From assembly GCA_028693335.1 (NCBI GenBank), contig JAQUVR010000010.1, positions 1 through 11,551 on the forward strand: 11,551 nucleotides of DNA, read 5' to 3'. How positions within the stretch are numbered: position 1 is the first letter of the stretch; each line of letters starts with the position of its first letter. Source of the DNA: Candidatus Iainarchaeum sp. GTDB taxonomy: Archaea > Iainarchaeota > Iainarchaeia > Iainarchaeales > CSSED10-239. A program made the translations under genes and the position numbers. Shown here piece by piece: positions 7,885 through 11,551 of the stretch. Below the pieces are notes generated by a model. It had not been told where the DNA came from. It worked only from the letters and a program-made list of their open reading frames with translations, and ran no database searches.

Positions 7885-8000
7885 GTTAGCAACTGAATTG
7901 CAGCTCCAAGAAAGAACTTAGGGCCAACAACAACGGTGACAATCTTAACTTCTGGGTTCGGAAAGGGTCCAGGTGTTTCCTTGTCCCTATGATCGCTAAC
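7885..8000 (-). rRNA. 5S ribosomal RNA (about 116 nt), stand-alone
   Basis: This is the only GC-enriched island in the window. Minus-strand sequence: GTTAGCGATCATAGGGACAAGGAAACACCTGGACCCTTTCCGAACCCAGAAGTTAAGATTGTCACCGTTGTTGTTGGCCCTAAGTTCTTTCTTGGAGCTGCAATTCAGTTGCTAAC. The termini pair (GTTAGC/GCTAAC, helix I). GACAA/TTGTC fits helix II and CTGG/CCAG fits helix III. The universal CCGAACCCAGAAGTTAAG loop C/helix III signature is present, and CTAAG/CTTGG forms a terminal hairpin. End coordinates are accurate to a few nt. Confidence 0.88.
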
Positions 8001-8024
8001 AATATAATTATGAAAGATAAGGTT

Positions 8025-8034
8025 TTTAAATAAA
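8025..8034 (-). promoter_or_regulatory. Candidate TATA box for the 5S rRNA gene
   Basis: The minus strand reads ...ACGATTTATTTAAAAACC.... The TTTATTTAAA element is centred about 29-30 nt upstream of the proposed 5S 5' end at 8000, the expected archaeal TATA-to-TSS spacing. AT-rich background lowers specificity. Confidence 0.4.
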
Positions 8035-8063
8035 TCGTTAAACCCAATTTATCTAAGAAAAAC

Positions 8064-8609
8064 TTACTTTTTCTCCTTTGCACCAGAGATGACTTTCTTT
8101 AATTTATTTAATCCTTTTACAATGTCTTCTTCTGATTTTGCACCAGCACAAATTAATTTTCCATTCTTAAATAACAACATAGTTAATTTTGGATTAAATA
8201 ATCTTACAATTGCACCAGGGAATTGCTCTGGCTCATATTCAATATTATCTAATGTTACTGCTGCATTAAAAAGATCTATCTGCTTATTTAAACTAGATGT
8301 TGCTACTAAGTTTACAATTTTATAACTAACTCTTTCTTTAATTGTTACGTTCTTTTGAACTTCGTTAATAATTTTTGTTGCTTTTTTTATTGCAGCTTTA
8401 ATATCTTTTTCACTAGATGCTCCAGAAATAATTATATTTCCATTCTTAAATAATAACAAAGATACCTTTGGTTCAGCCATTTTTAAAATAGCACCTGGAA
8501 ATTGTTCTGGTTCATACTCCACTTCAGGTATTGCTGTTGCTAAATTGTATAAATCTAAATTTGCCCCTAAACTACTTGATGCAACTAAATTTACTATCTT
8601 ATAATCCAT
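8064..8609 (-). CDS. tbp: TATA-box binding protein (TBP)
   Basis: 181 aa with two tandem TBP repeats. Each carries IVNLVA(S/T)SSL...EYEPEQFPGAI...LLFKNG...(S/A)GA(S/K)SE(K/E)DI. ATG at 8607..8609 and TAA stop at 8064..8066. Confidence 0.95.
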   Translation of the reverse strand: MDYKIVNLVASSSLGANLDLYNLATAIPEVEYEPEQFPGAILKMAEPKVSLLLFKNGNIIISGASSEKDIKAAIKKATKIINEVQKNVTIKERVSYKIVNLVATSSLNKQIDLFNAAVTLDNIEYEPEQFPGAIVRLFNPKLTMLLFKNGKLICAGAKSEEDIVKGLNKLKKVISGAKEKK

Positions 8610-8921
8610 TTTCTCAAACCCTCTTTTTTATTTTAAAAATGTTATAAACATGCAAAGTTTGTTTTTTGCACAAAAGAAACATTTATATATAAATATATTT
8701 TATATATAAAAGGGTTTATAAAGGTATACAAAATATTTAAATACCAAAAAAAGAAAAATGTCAAAAAAAACCAAACAAAAACACACTAAATTGTTTGGGG
8801 TTTGTTGGTAATTGACAGCAAAAAGTTAGCATATTTTTTACAAAATAGGTGCTATATAAAAACTTACTGCTCCATAATTATTAATATACTTAAAATACAA
8901 ATATAGGAAGTAGATGATAAA

Positions 8922-9242
8922 ATGGCAAACAAAAAAGCAAAAGGAAAAAGATCATTAACAAGAAGTAGATATAGAAGAAATGTAAGAGACAAAACAACAG
9001 TAAATGAAATGATAAAACCAATAAAGGTAGATGATGTTGTACAAATAAATGCAAACAGCTCTGTACACAATGGATTACCACATAGAAGAGTTGATGGGAT
9101 TACTGGAAAAGTAATTGGATTCCAAGGAAATTGTCCTATAGTTCAATTAAAAGATGGTAATAAATCCAAAAAAATAATAACACACAGAATACATTTGAAA
9201 TTATTAAAACAGATTGCAAAAGGTGGAAAAAATGCAGAATAA
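8922..9242 (+). CDS. rpl21e: Large-subunit ribosomal protein L21e
   Basis: Basic N-terminus KGKRSLTRSRYRR. The SH3-like core VDDVVQINANSSVHNGLPHRRVDGITGKVIG...HRIHL matches the L21e pattern (GD.V.I..d.s...GmPh..yhGkTG.V). Size is about 106 aa, and it heads the conserved rpl21e-rpoF cluster. Confidence 0.88.
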   Translation: MANKKAKGKRSLTRSRYRRNVRDKTTVNEMIKPIKVDDVVQINANSSVHNGLPHRRVDGITGKVIGFQGNCPIVQLKDGNKSKKIITHRIHLKLLKQIAKGGKNAE

Positions 9243-9567
9243 TGCAACATATGTCGAAGATGTTTCACTAACAGAGATAAAAAAAGTGTTATCTGAAAAA
9301 TCTAAAGAAAAAGAACTTAATTACGAACAAAAGATGGCATATGAACACGCAAAACAATTTGCAAAATTAACTATTGCAAAAGCAGAGAAATTAAAAAAAG
9401 AGCTTTTAGAAATAGAAGATATAACCGATGAAGTTGCAACAAAAATTGTTGATATTCTACCTAATCAAATAGAACTAGATTTAATATCTGAAAAAAATAA
9501 ATGTATCAATGACGACAACAAACAAAAAATATTAGATTTAGTAAGCAAATATAAAAAAGAAGAATAA
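9232..9567 (+). CDS. rpoF: DNA-directed RNA polymerase subunit Rpo4/F
   Basis: Small acidic/helical protein (...NYEQKMAYEHAKQFAKLTIAKAEKLKKELLEIEDITDEVATKIVDILPNQIELDLI...) matching the Rpo4/RpoF pattern, in the conserved position after rpl21e. I prefer the ATG at 9232, preceded by AGGTGG at 9221..9226, over the track's TTG at 9214. It overlaps the rpl21e 3' end by 11 nt. Confidence 0.72.
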   Translation: MQNNATYVEDVSLTEIKKVLSEKSKEKELNYEQKMAYEHAKQFAKLTIAKAEKLKKELLEIEDITDEVATKIVDILPNQIELDLISEKNKCINDDNKQKILDLVSKYKKEE

Positions 9568-9572
9568 AGAAT

Positions 9573-10106
9573 ATGTTTTCACAAATAAAAAAAGAAGCGA
9601 TTGTGCTGGATAAAACAACCAGAGAGATACAATTCAAACAAACAGTAGCAATACAATGCATCGGCACATCAAATTTTTCTTTATTGGAAGTATATAGTGA
9701 TATGCCAGTAAAAATACAAGACACTATAACAACAGAAGACGTTGTTGTTAAAAGAATAACATACGAAAAACTGACAACAATTGCAAAAAACGAATTAGAA
9801 AAAACAATAGAAAATATTGTTAAGAATAACACAGATAAATTCGTAACCTTTTTCAACACAGCAAGACCAATTGGAGTTAGAAGACATCAATTGGATTTAT
9901 TACCAATGATTGGTAAAAAACACAGACTAGCAATACTAAATTATTTAGAAAAAAATGGCCCATTTAAAAGTTTAGATGATCTTAAAAACATAGAAATGTT
10001 ACCAGATCCAATAAAAATAATTACAAACAGAATAATGGAAGAAATTTTAAATGGAGATACAGAAAAATATCACCTATTTACAATGCCATTTATCAAAAAA
10101 CAATAA
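9573..10106 (+). CDS. DUF655/COG1491-type predicted nucleic-acid-binding protein (OB-fold plus helix-hairpin-helix)
   Basis: FFNTARPIGVRRHQLDLLPMIGKKHRLAILNYLEKNGPFKSLDDL matches the remembered FFN.A.PI..R.H.LELLPGIGKK signature. Its position between rpoF and ksgA is the conserved archaeal neighbourhood for this family. Confidence 0.6.
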   Translation: MFSQIKKEAIVLDKTTREIQFKQTVAIQCIGTSNFSLLEVYSDMPVKIQDTITTEDVVVKRITYEKLTTIAKNELEKTIENIVKNNTDKFVTFFNTARPIGVRRHQLDLLPMIGKKHRLAILNYLEKNGPFKSLDDLKNIEMLPDPIKIITNRIMEEILNGDTEKYHLFTMPFIKKQ

Positions 10107-10127
10107 CTTTTTTTAAAGATGGTTTAA

Positions 10128-10922
10128 ATGTTAAAAGATCTATACACACAAATGTTAAAATATAACTTTAAACCAAATCATAGATTAGATCAGAATTATA
10201 TGATTGATGATTCTATTATAGATTTAGTAGTAACAGAACTAAAACTTAAACAAACAGAAATTATTTTAGAAATTGGTGGTGGAACTGGTTTTTTAACAAA
10301 AAAGCTAATAACCCAACCAAAAGTAATTGTAATAGAAAAAGACAAAAAAATGTGTGAGATTTTAAAAGAAGAAATTAATTCCAATAACTTAGAAATTATT
10401 AATAAAGATGTACTAGATGTTAATATAAAAGAAATAACTTGCGATAAAATTGTTGGTTTCATACCATATTCTATATCAAAAGAAATTATTGAAAAAATAA
10501 TAATAACTAATAAAAAAACAGTCTTAATTGTTCAAAAAGAATTTGCAGAGAAATTAACAGCAATACCAGGTTTTAAAAATTACACAACTGTTTCTGTTCT
10601 TGCACAAAATTATTTTGATTTAAAGATTATTAAAAAAATAAGCAAAAAAAGCTTTTTTCCAGTACCAAATTGTGAATCTGCAATTATTTCTTTTGAACCA
10701 ATAAATAAAGAGTATGATTTAAATTTTGTTAACTTCATTAGAGAATTATTTAGATATTCAAATAAAGATCTCTACAACGCACTTAGACTAATATCAAATA
10801 ATATAGAAGATAAAACCTATTTAGAAAAAATAAAAAATATTAAAGAAGATTTATTAAAAAGAAAAGTAAAAGCTTTAGATTCAAATAACTTAAATGAAAT
10901 TCATAAAAAATTATTTAAATAA
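10128..10922 (+). CDS. ksgA: Small-subunit rRNA adenine N6,N6-dimethyltransferase (KsgA/RsmA/Dim1)
   Basis: SAM-binding motif ILEIGGGTGFLTKKL and the IPYSISKEII block (the family NxPYxIS; Asn is replaced by Phe here). The N-terminal LDQNYMID sits at the position of GQNFL. Length is 264 aa, and it follows DUF655 in the conserved cluster. Confidence 0.85.
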   Translation: MLKDLYTQMLKYNFKPNHRLDQNYMIDDSIIDLVVTELKLKQTEIILEIGGGTGFLTKKLITQPKVIVIEKDKKMCEILKEEINSNNLEIINKDVLDVNIKEITCDKIVGFIPYSISKEIIEKIIITNKKTVLIVQKEFAEKLTAIPGFKNYTTVSVLAQNYFDLKIIKKISKKSFFPVPNCESAIISFEPINKEYDLNFVNFIRELFRYSNKDLYNALRLISNNIEDKTYLEKIKNIKEDLLKRKVKALDSNNLNEIHKKLFK

Positions 10923-10924
10923 AA

Positions 10925-11551
10925 CTAATTCATCTCTTCCAAAATCATTCTTTCAATTTGAATTAAATCCTTAAGATTTGCATTTGCAAATTCTATTGCT
11001 TGATCTAATTTATCTGGATTATTTGCATAAATCTCAAATATAGGATCTCCAACTTTCAATTCATCACCAGTTTCACAAAAAAGAATTAATCCTGCTTCTT
11101 TATCAAATGGAGCACCAGCAAGTCTTGCTATTTTTGTTAATAAAGCAACATCCATATCAACAATTTTTCCAAGAGATTTATTAATTATTATATGCTTATT
11201 TTTTGCAATTGGCACATCCTCTGAACAAAATATATTGCCATCTTGTGCTTTAATTATTTCTTTAAATTTTTCTAAGGCTTTGCCAGATTTAATGGTTTCT
11301 CTTGCAAGATTATACCCTTCGCCTTCTTTAGTTTTACCAACAAGATCAAATAATTTACCTGCAATCTCACATGCTTTTTCTGCAAGATTATCAAAATATT
11401 TACCCTCTAAGATTTCTAATGCGGCTTTTGCTTCTAGAGCTGCACCAAATGATTTTCCACAAGGAACTTCTCCATTAGTTAAAACTATTCTAGCCTTTAT
11501 TCCTAATTCTTTACTAATTACTAAGAATTTCTTTGCCCATTTTTCAGCATC
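10925..11551 (-). CDS. deoA: AMP phosphorylase / thymidine phosphorylase-family protein, C-terminal part; 5' end outside the window
   Basis: The frame stays open from 11215 to the window edge at 11551. Hand translation gives DAEKWAKKFLVISKELGIKARIVLTNGEVPCGKSFGAALEAKAALEILEG...SGKALEKFKEIIKAQDG...VGDPIFEIYAN..., typical of the central and C-terminal domains of pyrimidine-nucleoside/AMP phosphorylases. The track's start at 11215 is an internal GTG. This is the only gene in the window that terminates with TAG (10925..10927). Confidence 0.75.
   Translation of the reverse strand, partial: DAEKWAKKFLVISKELGIKARIVLTNGEVPCGKSFGAALEAKAALEILEGKYFDNLAEKACEIAGKLFDLVGKTKEGEGYNLARETIKSGKALEKFKEIIKAQDGNIFCSEDVPIAKNKHIIINKSLGKIVDMDVALLTKIARLAGAPFDKEAGLILFCETGDELKVGDPIFEIYANNPDKLDQAIEFANANLKDLIQIERMILEEMN

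Noticed and set aside
7886-8083. 65-aa minus-strand ORF from the track
   Set aside because: It is the 5S rRNA gene (7885..8000) plus its promoter region read as protein, and it overlaps the tbp 3' end. Its composition differs from every real gene here.
8089-8325. 78-aa plus-strand ORF
   Set aside because: It is antisense within tbp and has no independent support.
8610-8921. Replication origin in the long AT-rich tbp/rpl21e spacer
   Set aside because: There are no repeated ORB or mini-ORB-like elements (only one G-string, TTTGGGGTTTG), and no adjacent orc1/cdc6 gene.
8905-8925. C/D-box sRNA signals (GATGATA near 8913; other TGATGA-like strings at about 5840, 9030 and 10205)
   Set aside because: No properly spaced C (RUGAUGA) and D (CUGA) pair with terminal stem was found. 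Most hits lie inside coding regions and are expected by chance.
8864-9081. Two overlapping minus-strand ORFs (68 aa and 63 aa)
   Set aside because: They are antisense to rpl21e and its leader. The low-complexity hydrophobic translations are what one expects from the complement of Lys/Arg-rich coding sequence.
9214-9231. TTG start at 9214 for rpoF (track)
   Set aside because: An ATG at 9232 with an AGGTGG SD-like element 5 nt upstream is a more plausible initiation site. The 6-codon difference cannot be resolved from sequence alone.
9506-9859. 117-aa minus-strand ORF
   Set aside because: It is antisense to the rpoF 3' end and the DUF655 gene. Its hydrophobic, low-complexity sequence arises from the complement of a K/E-rich sense strand.
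10196-10462. 88-aa minus-strand ORF
   Set aside because: It is antisense within ksgA, whose SAM-binding motif is encoded on the plus strand in exactly this interval.
11213-11215. Start codon (track 'M') at 11215 for the phosphorylase-family gene
   Set aside because: It is an internal GTG (Val). The frame stays open and homologous for a further 112 codons to the window edge.
1-11551. CRISPR arrays, IS elements or transposases, integrases, toxin-antitoxin or other defence genes, tRNAs
   Set aside because: I found no direct-repeat/spacer periodicity, no terminal inverted repeats and no recognisable mobile or defence protein motifs. The only GC-enriched, structured RNA-like island is the 5S rRNA.

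Overview
Very AT-rich, tightly packed archaeal chromosomal segment. The TBP, L21e, Rpo4/F, AglB and family B polymerase genes, small proteins and near-zero intergenic spacers suggest a streamlined, possibly DPANN-type archaeon; that lineage call is inference. The content is mostly housekeeping. (1) 3' end of an eIF-2B-family sugar-phosphate isomerase. (2) A minus-strand operon: a 211-aa polytopic membrane protein followed by a family B DNA polymerase. The polymerase reading frame is intact except for one in-frame TAG at 2000..2002, which makes the ORF track show two ORFs. (3) A divergently transcribed Nre-like protein ending in a canonical PIP box. (4) An aglB-aglH N-glycosylation pair. (5) An unannotated 5S rRNA (7885..8000, minus) hidden under a spurious 65-aa ORF, just downstream of the TBP gene. 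(6) The conserved archaeal cluster rpl21e-rpoF-DUF655-ksgA. (7) The 3' part of an AMP/thymidine phosphorylase-family gene running off the right edge. I saw no CRISPR array, mobile element, intein, tRNA or recognisable defence system. The most unusual signal is the single in-frame TAG in an otherwise well-conserved, presumably essential polymerase, together with non-canonical residues at its nucleotide-pocket positions. Eleven of the 12 gene termini in the window are TAA, one is TAG and none is TGA. All calls rest on hand translation and remembered family motifs; no searches were run.
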